44,115 nucleotides of DNA, taken from the NCBI GenBank assembly GCA_000934665.2, contig JYFJ02003274.1, positions 1 through 44,115 on the forward strand, read 5' to 3'. The first letter of the stretch is position 1, and every line of letters starts with the position of its first letter. This DNA is from Catajapyx aquilonaris (Eukaryota). Under the pieces are notes generated by a model. It worked only from the letters and a program-made list of their open reading frames with translations. It was not told the DNA's origin and searched no databases. The translations under genes and the position numbers were made by a program. Positions 9,962 to 22,700 of this stretch are shown here, one piece after another.

Positions 9962-12900
9962 ATGGCAGAAGCAACAGCAGAGGGCGACAACAATGTGGAA
10001 GAGGAAGAAGACCCAAGGGTGTACCAGTGTGGCAGTATTCTCATTGACTATTACCCCAACTTCCTGCAGCGATTGGCAAGTGCAAAAGTGTACCTGGCCT
10101 ACTTGAGCATTGTCGCCATATTTCAAGGTTAGCTTTTCATATCGACAACTACATAGCTTCATGCATAATAATTATTATAGTCTACGTGGTTCATGTGTTT
10201 ATTGGTGTCGTAAATATTCAAGTAATAATAATTGATTGCAGGAATGATGGGTACTTACATTGTGGGAATCATGAGCTCACTAGAGCGCCACTTTCAATTG
10301 AGTAGCCAAGAGTCAGGCATGCTTCTGACAGTGTCCGAGATAGTCCCCGTCATGTTAGTCCTCTTAATCAGTTTTTATGGAAGCCGAAGCAACCGGCCTA
10401 GATCGCAGGCCATTGGTCTTTTCATCATCTCCACCTACTGCAGTCTGATGGTTATTGGATACCTCGTCATTCCCGTCCCAAGCTTTTCAACCAGTATAGC
10501 CAACAATGGCAAAACCTCATCGGAGGCGACTAATGGAGGATCAGACATGCTCTGCTATCTGAATGATGGCATCAGCAAGAATCAGAAAGAGTGTTCCGCA
10601 GAAGAGAGTGGCTCACAAGTACTCGCCATCGGGATATTGTTCGTTGCTTTCGCCTTGGTTGGTAAGTACTACAAGTAATTATTATTAATGCAGCTAGTTG
10701 TCGGCGAAAAACTTATTTATATTTGTCATACTTCCGAGAAAACGTGCAACTAGCTATAAAAATGTCTCTAGAAAATATCTATTGCAAAAAAAATATCAAG
10801 ACATTGCAATAATAATGATCCTTTCAGTATTGCAACAGCATAATTATTTGGCTCTAAAAATGAAAATCTGACTGTCAAGTTGTTATAGTATAAGGAACCA
10901 CCTTTTCTAGACAAATCAACTTAATCGCTCAGTAAATCCCATTTCTTAAGCCACAATGTGGAGTTAACCCAAACATTACTTTTTTGGATTTTTTTTTTTT
11001 AATCAGCGCTTTCAGTTTTCGGGGGAAGCCAAAAGGCTGAACTTGATTGAACGGCCGCTGTAATCGTGGATTTATTGCAATTACCCACTTTTTCCAGATA
11101 TTGGTCCAACCCTGTTATACACAATAGGCGTACCATACATGGATGATTCCGTTTCGAAAAGAAATTCTCCAATGTATCTATGTAAGTGGACTACAGCATA
11201 AAGTAAGTGTCCGGTCAACACCCTTCATGAATAGTCGAAGAGCAGTAAAATGTGGACAACTATAAGATACATTGTTGTAGTCTACATGCTGCATAATATT
11301 ATGAAGAATTTTTGTAATAATTTAACACTACATTGACGTTTTGTTTTCAGCCATTGCCGCAACAATAAGACGACTGGGGCCTTTGTGTGGGCAGCTTCTA
11401 AGTTCATTATGCCTGCGTATTTACATCTATGTCAACATAGATCCAGGTTATTTCAGTCTTACTTATTCTTACAGCACGTTACTGGTTATGTCTCTGACAT
11501 AATACTATAGTTTATGCTATGTATATATAACTTAGTAAACATCGCCATGCAGTATACTTATATGAGGTGGACCAAAGGACAATACCGACTGAAGAACCGG
11601 ACACAAACTTGCATCTTGGCTAATATTAACTTATTGTGTCACGAATGGTCACAATAATATTTTACATTTCATTGCAGGCATAACAGACGATGATCCGAGA
11701 TGGATTGGGGCATGGTGGTTAGGTTTTGCAATTATGGGAACCACGTTCATTTTTTGTGGGTTGGGTATGGGACTCTTCCCTCAAAAATTAAAAAAGCAAG
11801 CGACTGAAGAGGATGCTGAACGAAGAGTATTTATATCAAGAGATCGTAAACCATCCCTGCCCCAGAAGGAAACTGAAGACCGCGTAAGTAATGAGGAAAT
11901 ATCTGAACGAAGCATATGCGCCATATTTAAATTGCGAGGTAAACCCTTCACTGCACGACATGTATTACAGACTGTACAAAATAATGTTCGTTGTTGCAGA
12001 ATTGTGGTCAACTGTGGTCAGACTTTCCAAGAATCCATTGCTGATATGTTCCGCCTTCACATCCATCTTTGACGCAATTGGAGCTCTCGTACTTGACAAC
12101 TGGATGGCAAAGTACATGGAACACCAATTCCACATCTCAAAGGCAGACGCTTCACTACATGCTGGTAATTGAACAGTAATTATAAAGTAGGGCATGCACG
12201 TCATTTTGTCCCTGCCCATATTAAAATTTGATTTCGTACAACAGCCATTATTACATTACATTCATTGCAGGCATGGGTTCATACATATCATCATTTGGCG
12301 GAGTTCTGATAGCCGGAATCTTGATGCAAAAGTTTCCTCCGACTGCTCGCAGACTAGCTGTCTGTCTGGCAGTGACAAACTGGATTTTTGTTATAGGTGT
12401 CATCGGGTTGACGTTCATATCCTGCGACAAAAGCCATCAAATTCCTGGAAAATTACTTCCCGACGGAAGGTTCGTTTTTAAACTAAAAAAGCCATGGTGT
12501 ACGAGTATATAGGCTATATACAACTTTCTTGCAATTTGTCACTTTTCAGCTTGGAGTTGTTTGACCCTCGGTGCAACAAGGAGTGCGAGTGTACCACTGA
12601 AGTGTTTGCACCCGTCTGCTTAGAAGGCCCCACCGTCACTTCCTCCAAGACATTCTTCTCTGCTTGTCACGCAGGCTGCCAAGAAACCTTGAGACAAATC
12701 GACACCTTAAGAATTTACGGCTACAGAAACTGCACCTGTCTGGACAGCCCTGGGACCGTTCTATACACCGGCTCTTGTGGAGGACCTTGCTCGGAGCTAC
12801 TCACCTACGAGATTTGCTTAGCTCTCCTTAATGGTTTAATCAGCTCCACATTTATTGGCAACATAATCATAGATCTCAGGTATATACTCTCATTTGTTGG

Positions 12901-13476
12901 CAATATTATTCTGAATATTATTAATCATTATACAGATAGCCCAAGCTTATGCAAGTTGTACAAGAATCATTGCGATAATTATAGGCTAATTACAATACTA
13001 ATTGTTGCTGTTGGTTCCAATTAACCTGTACATGACAGGTGTGTTCAGCCTGAAGATAAATCTGTGGCTCTCGGATTGTTTAGTACAATAGCAGCTGCCT
13101 TGGCGGTTCTTCCTACTCCGACTCTTTTTGGCCTCCTGATCGACTCCTCCTGCCTCGTTTGGGAAGAATCTTGTGGAGAAAGAGGCTCCTGTTGGGTGTA
13201 CAACATGTCAGATTTCAGGTTGAGTAGTCTAAAATCATAATAAATCAGAAAAGCCATTCATATGAATCAATAAGTTATCATAAACAATAATTATTTTTTC
13301 CACATTTCAGCTTAAAAATCCACTTGATAACCGCAACAGCAACGGCTCTGATCGCTGTTTCCCAGATGGCCAAATACAAATACGCAGCAAATATTAAAAT
13401 GATTGATGATGACACTCCCAAGACAGCTCCTGAGAGTGCAGGAAAAGTGAAAACATTATTAGAAACGAACTTATGA
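9962..13476 (+). CDS. Solute carrier organic anion transporter (SLCO/OATP family), 10 coding exons, ~688 aa
   Basis: Exons: 9962-10127, 10242-10661, 11098-11181, 11351-11446, 11678-11938, 12000-12164, 12271-12469, 12550-12879, 13039-13218, 13311-13476. All introns are GT-AG and phases are consistent (2067 nt in total). The protein has the OATP signature DPRWIGAWWLGF, plus SSLERHFQLSS, YTIGVPYMDDSV..NSPMY, a Kazal-like Cys-rich loop (CNKECEC..FAPVC..FSACHAGC) and RCVQPEDKSVALG..LIDSSCLVW..CG..GSCWVY. Confidence 0.93.
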
Positions 13477-13615
13477 CCTCAACACCTTTGTACTGTAATG
13501 CAATTTTGTATAGCGACGAACAATACATTTTTTTAAGAAGGAAAAAAAGGTCTCACACGTTCTTTCACTAAATGCTAATCCATCAACCTATTATTGAAAG
13601 CAAATAATTGCAAAT

Positions 13616-14185
13616 TATCGATATTCTAGTAATGTCACAAGTGAGGAAACATTAATTGCGCCCTCTGCCATCATCATCCTTCATAGACTGGGGTTGCCAG
13701 CGGATAACTAGGAGGAAATGTAACCACTGAATATATTATACCGATTATACATGACAAATTCTTCCTCTACGAGCCGAGGATATCAAAAAATAAGTTGTAA
13801 GTCGCTAATTGTAGCCGTTATCAAAAATTTTGAACCGCTACGTGGAGCTACATGCGTCTTTAAAAAACAAGCAGCTTATTTCCCAGTAGCTATAAGCAGC
13901 TTATCAAATATTTTCCGATCAACAGCGCCACATGTGGTGAAAGGCCGAACTTGACTGTAGTGATCAAACGATATTATCGTATCGATTAATATGTGACGCA
14001 ACATATCGACACTCTTACATGGCTCTAGGCTGTGCAATAAAAACGCAGTTTTAATTTGGAACCGGGTCGGTTTTGTGCGTAACTTGCTAAAAAAACAGGA
14101 AGGGTCAAAGTTCATCATCATGTGCCGTTATTTCGGCGTGGTATCGATGATGCGATATATCGATACGTGTTTCAGAATCGATATA
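13616..14185 (+). promoter_or_regulatory. Putative eIF5B housekeeping promoter with DRE elements
   Basis: Perfect TATCGATA occurs at 13616-13623 and 14158-14165, with near matches at ~13980, ~14142 and ~14176. The segment is CpG-rich and lies 300-900 bp upstream of the eIF5B ATG. DRE is a known arthropod housekeeping core-promoter motif. Confidence 0.6.
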
Positions 14186-14463
14186 TCCGTGGCCATCACT
14201 TTTTTTTTTTGAGTCACTGTGTGGCTGGCGTGGAACAGTGAGGCCTCGTCTTCACTACTATTCTTTGCTGCCCCGAATAATCCTTGTTGTCACTATAAGC
14301 CTTTTGCATTGGGGGTTCTTCCCTCGACTGTGCCCAAACATTCGTGCTCCCCATCCACTCGGCATTATTATCGGCGTCGGAGCATCACCTGCTCTGGGGA
14401 GGAGGCGAGGCAGGCGGTGGAGGAGGAAGAGGAAGAAGAAGCAGAAGGAGGACCTACTGCTAC

Positions 14464-16790
14464 ATGAGATCAGCGCACCGGGGAAGATATGGGGAAGGCG
14501 AAAAGGGGAGGGAAGAAAGAGCTGGGAGACGGACTGTGAGTATGGCCGTACACACCCAACACTGTTGGCACATTCCGATGCAATCAGCCTTGCCAGCTGT
14601 TGCCGCTAGGAAGCTTCACCGCAGCCGTTTAGAGCATCCAGACGCAGCGCAACACTTACACAATGAAACATGCATGCAGCAAAATCACATTGTTATACAA
14701 ATTGACAGTCGAGGTGACAGAAATTGAAAATGGTTGGCCAGGAATTTAAAATCTGCAGCAGACAAGCTTCTGGCAGGTTCATCCCACTGCTAACTTAGAT
14801 GTACAGTGTTGGAGACGGCAGGGTGCTCTGCCAATCACTGCCGCTGCGGTATCAAATGGATCCAATAATGAGTCAACCCACAGTTTTGAGAAAAGGGGCT
14901 TTGAAGGTCATACATGTGAAATTAATTCAGTGTTCGGTCATTTATGGCAGAAGTATGCTGATTTCACATGATTTTAACATAATGAAGTACTATCCTTTGG
15001 GTGTATGTTCCTGGGCTTAACTCAATTTTGACATTTTTGTGGGTTGACCCATTATTGCATATCACCGTCCAAATGTACGGTTATAAATACATGAACACAT
15101 GGCCTATAATGCAGCTACCTCAAAAGGAGTCCATTAATTTCAGTCTGATAAAGGAGAAGGCCTGCAGCGTCTCCAACTTTATGCGCGGGACTGTACCATT
15201 GCTAACACTGGTACTGCTAAGTTAGCAGTACATTAGCAGTAACTAGCACTGTATTTAAAGTAGACGGAATTTGAGAAAATTCTTATTTATTATTTTATTT
15301 ATTTTAATAACCCTTGCTCAGGACAAGAAAATGCTTGAAACATCACATTCAGCACACGTAATGAAGGTGCCAGCCTGTCTTTCAATGCATTTCTTGCAAG
15401 TTTAATATTGGGGGGGTGTGTAACACAAATGAGTGTCAGCAATTATGTAATTTAATGGCATTGGGTATTGATTGCACATATTTTGATTATGTAGCTGAAC
15501 TTTCAAGATTGTACCAGTGAAAGTTAAGCAATCATCCATTTTTGCTAATTTTATGATCAGTTTTTCCTAGTGGACTTGGCTGTTTTTGATCTCAAGACCC
15601 CTCAAATTAGGTCTTATTCGATTAATTCTTGATGTAAAGGTTTGTTCATGCAGCTTCTTCTGTTCGCAAAACGTACTTCAGCTGACATTACAAGTGCTGC
15701 TGGTTTGTTGATATTTTGGGTGATCAGATGTACTTGTGGCTAAAATATACATCCAGGAGGAAAATATGTGCTGGCAATTTTAGCTACCAGTCGTGGCCTG
15801 GCTCTAGACATCTGCGTCTTCTGCTCTCAAGTAAACAGAAGGGGTTGTGTGAACAGACCATACAAAACCTTGCTTTACATTGCCAGAGAAGATAGAAGCA
15901 CACTTTCAGGCCTGGTTTTATTTGTGTTTTTGAGTGAAGCCCAACGTTGCACTGCCTCCTCTGAAGAGTAAAAGAAATAAAAGGATTTACAGTGAAGATA
16001 CATGAAAATGAATGAAGTCACCTTGTAGTATGCTAATCAGCATTGATTTGGGCTTGGTCAGTTCCTATGAAACATGTGAGAGACTACCTGTTGCTATACT
16101 ATTAGGGCAGAGATGTTCCCTCCCCAAAAATCCCTATCCTTACCCAACGTCCTTGTTTCTCTGCACCGGAGTGAAGTTAACTTAGAAAATTGAGGAAAAA
16201 TGGTGGTGTACCACCCCCCTATAGAACCCATAAGGGTCATCACGGGGTACAATAAATAAAATAAATAAATAAATAAATAAAGATATTAGGTCAGAGAGTG
16301 AAGATGTTGCAATCTGGTGCAAGTGCTGTCATTCCAGGTGGAAATTCCCATGGGCTGTGGTTAATGTATTGGCACATATAATTTGCTATTGCAGTTAACA
16401 CTCAAGTTGGGTGTCCTTATGCTTGGAGGCAGCAATTGGAACACATTAACTTGCCGTGTTGTTGCTCGCAGAATGAGTTTACTTCATTCTGTAAACAGAT
16501 GACATGCGGAATGCTGAGTCTCTGGCCCATGTAACTACGATCCCTAAAATCCATTTCTCTGAGTTATACTTTTTTGTGAATGGTTTTGACCACACTTGGT
16601 CAATTCTGCTGATGTGGAACCTCCTGGATACAGAGGGCTGACTACTCCCTCTTTGTGTGGGTTAAAGTGAAACTAGGGTCACACAGTCTGCATTTAATAG
16701 ACCTGACAATGTTGGAAACGCATTAGTGAAACAGACCTGCACAGGCTAGCTATTTGACAGAGAATCTGTTTTTTATATCTGCAGGGATGA
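14464..16790 (+). other. Overlapping upstream ORF in the eIF5B leader (25 codons after splicing)
   Basis: ATG at 14464 (context TAC-ATG-A) is 25 nt upstream of, and out of frame with, the main ATG. It reads 24 codons to the exon-1 donor at 14535 and then GGA-TGA at 16785-16790. Confidence 0.5.
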
Positions 16791-19700
16791 AGATGGAGAG
16801 GTGGAAGCAGGAAGCATAAAGGAAGTGGAAGAAAAGCAGAAGGGCAGAAAAGGGAGTAAGGATGGACAGCCACCTGCTGAGGAAGAGGAAGCCTCTGAGC
16901 AAAATGGCTCCCAGAGCAAGTCAAAGATACCAGCGCAGAAAAAGGGAAAGAAGCAGAAGGTACATTTACTATAGTGTATTGTTCAGTGCCAAAAAAATTC
17001 TAGAAAATTATTAGACTATTACCTGTGTAAATCAGATTATGAAGAATTCCTATCAATATTGTCTACAATGGTTACTACAATGGTCTTATAATTTCTGGAG
17101 ATAACAAGGCAAGACTTCCTGTTGCATACTGTAGCCAACTCAGAGCTACATGTCAGTAGATCAATAGTAAATCCAGAACAAGGGGTGGAACCTTGTTGTT
17201 AGTTGTTTAGACTGGTTACTAATGGCAAGGATTTATTACTCGTTCTGAGTTACTATTGATCAGTGTGTAGATGAGCTTTGACATTGTGTAAGTGTTTTAC
17301 AGTATCCACTGATCGCACTTCACGTGACATTTTTTGTATGGCATATTGGCAAGTGTGCATTTATTTTGATCTCCCAGGAAAAAGTTACTTAGGTTTTAGT
17401 ATCTTGCGAGGCATCCAGAAATTATATTTGCTATGGGTAATTTAGAAGTCAGGGCCCATAAAATGTCACTTGATTCTAATATAGCTAAACTCTGGCTCCC
17501 CAAGGTTAGGTAAACTTGACCTCTCTCCAACACCTTTTTCTTCATTGCCTTGAAGTAGTTGATTTGGAAGCAAGGCCAGGACATGTGGGGAAAATGCAAA
17601 TGTTAAAGGTTAAATTTTTTTTTTTTTCAATTTTCAGCCCAAAAAGGTGTCTGATGATGAAGATGAGGAAGAAGAGGATGAGCCTGCCATCAAATCAAAA
17701 TTTGCTGCATTTGCCATGGAAAGCGATAATGATGATGATCAGGACGATGAAGAAGAAGAGCCTGTTCCCAAACCGGCCAAGAAGAAGGGAAAAGGTAAAG
17801 CTTCTGCAAAATCTGCTTTTGCTCTCCTCCAAGTGGAAGATGTGGATGTAAATAGCGATGAGGATGAGGACAAAGAAGAGGAAGTGAAACCAAAGTCCAA
17901 GCCCAAGAAGAAGGCACAGAAGGTACCAGTCGATGATGAAGGTGGGGCAAGTGCAACGGCCAAGAAGGGGAAGAGGAAGAAGAAGAGAGATGAGGAAGAG
18001 GATGAGATAGAGAGGGTTTTAGCCGAATTAGAATTGGGAGGTGGAGGGGGGAAGAAGAAAGAAGGTGGAAAAGGAAAACAGCAGGCCAAGAAAGAGGAGG
18101 AGAAGGAAGAAGTGGAGAGCAAGAAGGTGGGTGGAGAGGAAGATGAAGGAGCAAAAGAAGAGGAAGGAGAGGGTAAAGGGAAGACAGCTGCCCAAAAAAG
18201 GAAGGAGAAGCGCGAGAGGCAGAAGGCTCAAAAGGTTAGTGGCACTGAAGAGTTCAATTTGAAATGGAGTTTGATATAATATGTGGATGAACTGAAGGAA
18301 AAATATCATATCAGAGCCATATTAGGGTATCCTTGTTTTGCAGTGTGAAGAAAATTAATTTATTCACTTGTTCATACTTGAATATAAATCATTTTTCCCA
18401 CACTGAAGATTGGCCTTCTCAACATATTGCTCCAGCATTGCTTATTGGGACTTTTGGAATAAGAATTTAAATTCTTCACACATCTTTTACAATATCCTAC
18501 TTTGCATGAGCAGGCTCTCAAGGGTGAGGCTGCAGTGGAAGCGGAAGCTCCAGAAGAAGCACAAGGAGGGGCTGAGGTGCAGGAGAATAAGGAAGAGGAG
18601 GGTGAAGATGAAGATGGTGAGTGTGAACTTCTTTTTTTTTTTGAGGCATTGACACTTAGATATCGTCTCAACAGATGATAAGCAGAAGAAGAAGAAGAAG
18701 GGCAAGGAAGACAAGGATGACAAGCGTAAAGGTCCTGGAAAGAAAGCCATTTTAGCCATGCAGGAAGCTCTGAAGAAGATGAAAGAAGAGGAGGAGAGGA
18801 AAGAAAGAGAAGAAGAGGAGAAGGAGAAGCAACTGGCTGAAATGGAGGCTCAAAGACTGGAAAAGGTGGGAAAGTCATGAACAGCTTCAGAAAAGACTGT
18901 TTGGAGTGTTTTATTGATGTGTCATATCCTCCTGAGACCCGAGAAGGATTTAGTAATGCAATGCCAGTTCCTATTGCATTTTCTGAACATTGTTCTAAAA
19001 TATTGACAAAAATTATGACAAACAACCAATGCGAACATTAGGACCGATTTTTTTTTGCCAATGTGGAAATAATGGGGAAGTAGCCTTCATTTTGGAAACT
19101 ATATAATAAATTCGCCCATATTTTTTGGATTTTTTGGCATATTCCGTTTTAAGATATCAGCTTTAGTTCCTGAGTAATTGGGGTTTTTATGTAGGGAAAT
19201 GGTGACGTCACTGTTTCCCTAGAAAATGTTGACGTCACGCGAAGTGAAATGAACGCAAAAATGATGTTATAGAACGCGCCCCGTCATTGTTGTAAAATGA
19301 TTCGCTGTGGTTAGCAACCGTCCCATTCCATGAGCAAGATAGCGGCCGGGGCGCGTATTTACTTCACGCCGCTCAATCAGCTTAGGGGCTGGCAGGGGTG
19401 CCAACTGGCAGGAATCATCTGTCACCCGAATTCGGCACATGAAGGCCCCCTTTCTCCACCTCGATGGCCTACAGCCGCCTTGCGAATGCTTTCCGTCGTG
19501 TCCGCGGTTAATTCAAAGTCAAATTCCTCATCTCTCGCAGTCAACCAGGCATTTCAGTGTACCCTTTCGATTGGCTCCGGCGTTTTTCCCGCCAATTTTG
19601 AAGGCACTTTTAAATGTGCCGTAATTTATCCAGTAATGTCATTTTGATGCAACAGAGTGATGGAATGTATGTTTACAGGCATGGGCTAGCTAGTTATGAA

Positions 19701-22700
19701 CAAAAATCCCAAATCCCAGACCAAGGCTAGTTCCCCATTCTGACGACATCAGGTCTCAGGAGGATATACAAGCAGCCCACTAATTTATGTAAATTGGAGC
19801 CAGGTTTCCAACTTACAAGAGGCATTCATAAAGTTCTGAGCCCAACCATGACAAATGCATTGCACGTGACGCCGCACCTGATTTTTTCCTGCTTCGTATC
19901 TTTCTCTGATCTGAATGATACGACATGCTGCGGTTATTGCAAGAGTTGCACTGCATGGTGTACCATCCTCTACCAGTAAGGACGTGGCACCATACTTATG
20001 GAAAATGGCTTTCGGCTGAATTCCCCCAATTTTTTAATATTGTATCTTTGACCCGAAGTAGCGAGTGACCTGGGGTCAACATGTGGGGTTTTTCAGAACC
20101 AGCTAATCACGCCCGTTCCATTGGTACCACATTTGGTGAACCTTATGAGGGACCGGTAGGCTGCCCTTTGACGCGATGTAGCGGGTGACCTGATGATTTT
20201 CAGGTCTTGGCGCAATGTTAAGAATTGATTATTACCATCTTATTTTCTACAGCATATAAAAAAATTTGAGAATTTAGCCGAAAGCCATGTTCCATAAGGA
20301 TGGTTTGCACACCTTCAGGGTTGGGCTTAGAACTTTATGAATGCCCCTCATCCGTAAGTGGATGAATCATTCCTGAACAGTTTGTATAAGTGAAGTTTTA
20401 TGTAACTTGGAGTTGTGTTTTATGAAATACTTCACGTGAAATTCTGAAACCACAGCACTTGTGCTGGATGCCCGGCCCTGGGTGGTAGGACCTGGCAAAA
20501 GTTGTGTTGGTGTATCTGTGGTTGTAGGATGCCCCATCTTGGGCACTGCAGTCCAAAGAACGGTATTGTGGCTTTGCCAATCTGTATATTCTCAATTGGC
20601 TCTGGGACTGGCAACCTGGGACCCCGAGCCTGCAACAAATGTTGTAATTTTGGGATGTTTCTACTTTATTAGTTTGGTAAATTTCGCAATTTTGTGTGTG
20701 AGTCCGGCTCTACATAAGTCAAAGACTATCTGTACTCTTACTTCATGCGACATTCTGAAACTAAAATACTGCTGGTCCCCCTGTCCTGGCAACATGGCCT
20801 CCAATTAATTAGATACACATCAGCAGAACCACAATAACTTACCTTGGTCTACAGCACATCTGAAGCAAAAAAAAAAAAAAAACGTTGGGGGGAGGATTTA
20901 AATTTTAACATGACCATTACATGTCATTACTCTACCACCTAGATTCGGCTGGAGCAAGAGAGAAAAGAGCTGAAGAAGCAGAAAGAAAAGGAAAAGCGTG
21001 CCCGACTGAAGCAAGAAGGAAAGCTACTCACTCCAAAGCAGAAGGCTGACAGGGCCAGGGCACAGGCCACATTGGAAGCACTGCAAGCCCAGGGTATAAT
21101 CGTTCCAGGGCTAAGGCAGGAGAAGCCCAAGCCTGGCACAGGTGCAAGGCCAAACAGGAGCAAGCGTAAGACGGAGGGAGGGAAGCAAGAGGACCAAAAG
21201 GGTGAGGAGAAGGAAGGTGGGGAGGATGGCAACAAAGTGGAGTTGGAGATTGTGGACAAGGAGCAAAGTCCTGCTGAGAAGGAAAGTGTGGAGGAGGAAG
21301 ACGACGTAAAGGACAGTTGGGATCAGAGTAGTGGGGAAGAGGATGTCAAAGACACATGGGATCAAGATTCGTCAGAAGAAGGTGTGGCAGTAACCTTACT
21401 CCGTATTGTATTGGCGGACAGAGAATGTGGGGAATTTTGAAAGCCAGGGTTATATCTCTGAAAATCCCATTCATAACAAAAGTATATTATGTGCCAAACC
21501 AGGTTTTCTTGTAAAGACCTACAAGAAGGCCTTTTTAACTCAGCTGCTGCAGTTATCTGCGAATCAGCATTCCTCTGTTGTTAATGGTTGCAACATTGAA
21601 TTAGGCCTAAGCCCATTGCTAACTGTATATCTCTTGCCGCAATACATTGCCAATAATTTTATCCCTACCCCTGATTTGGCTCAGACAGAGATATTATTAA
21701 TACTGGCATTTTAAAAATCCTTGCATTCTTTGTTAGCATTACACTATGAATTTGACGTAAGTGGCGTGATAGGTACAGACTTTCTCTCAGGTCGAGGTTC
21801 CTTGAGATAGTCGAAGGCAAAGTTACCCTCATTGAATTTGTTGACATGGGCCCCTTGAGAGAGATAATTGCGTTAATTAATTTCACATTAGGATGTCTCA
21901 AGTAACTTAAATTCAATAGGAAGTGTGCACCTTTCATCCCACCCAGTCTACTTTGCATGTCACAATTAAGCTCATATTTGTATTGTTGGCATTGTGACAC
22001 TCCTGAGTCAAGTATGCACAGATGTTATCTTTAAAGATTATCCTGCATTTTCATTAAGAAGATACTGTTTCAGAACAAGCTGAAGAGGCTCCAGCTGTGG
22101 CATCTAAGCCGAGTGCTGTTCCAACACCCAAGTCAGATAAGAAGCCTGAGAATGGCGAAGAGGTTAGTGATGAGGCCACCAGTGAGAGTGAAGAGAGTAG
22201 TGAGAGTGAAGAAGAGGACAGGAGGACAGATGCTGAGAAGAAACGAGCAAAGGCCGTGGAAAGGATTCGGAAGAGGAGGGAGGATGCAGAGAACAATCGG
22301 AACCCAGATGTTCTTAGGGCAGCTGTCATCTGTGTCCTAGGACATGTCGACACAGGCAAGACCAAGATTCTGGACAAGCTGAGGAGAACTCATGTACAGG
22401 ATGGGGAGGCTGGTGGGATTACGCAGCAGATTGGTGCCACTAATGTACCAATAGAAGCCATCAACGAACAGAGCAAGATGGTCAAAGAGGTTTGTTTGTC
22501 AACAAAAGCTGCGAGATCATAATCGTGCCCGTATACATTTTTGACCAAATTTACAGATTCACTGATTTGATGATAATTCAGCTTCAAAGCCTTTCTTCGT
22601 TCAAAAGAGATGAAAGTGCATTTTGCATTTTCCAGATGCTGCCATTTTATCACGATTCAAGCTGGCTGCTATTAAGTTAAAGTATGGGCTTTGCATTGTT

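Noticed and set aside
17690..18759. Minus-strand Ser/Phe/Leu/Pro-rich ORFs
   Set aside because: They are reverse complements of the purine-rich K/E/D exons of eIF5B.
19020..20235. CpG-rich insert in eIF5B intron 5 resembling a non-autonomous DNA transposon
   Set aside because: It is plausible, but I could not define terminal inverted repeats or a TSD.
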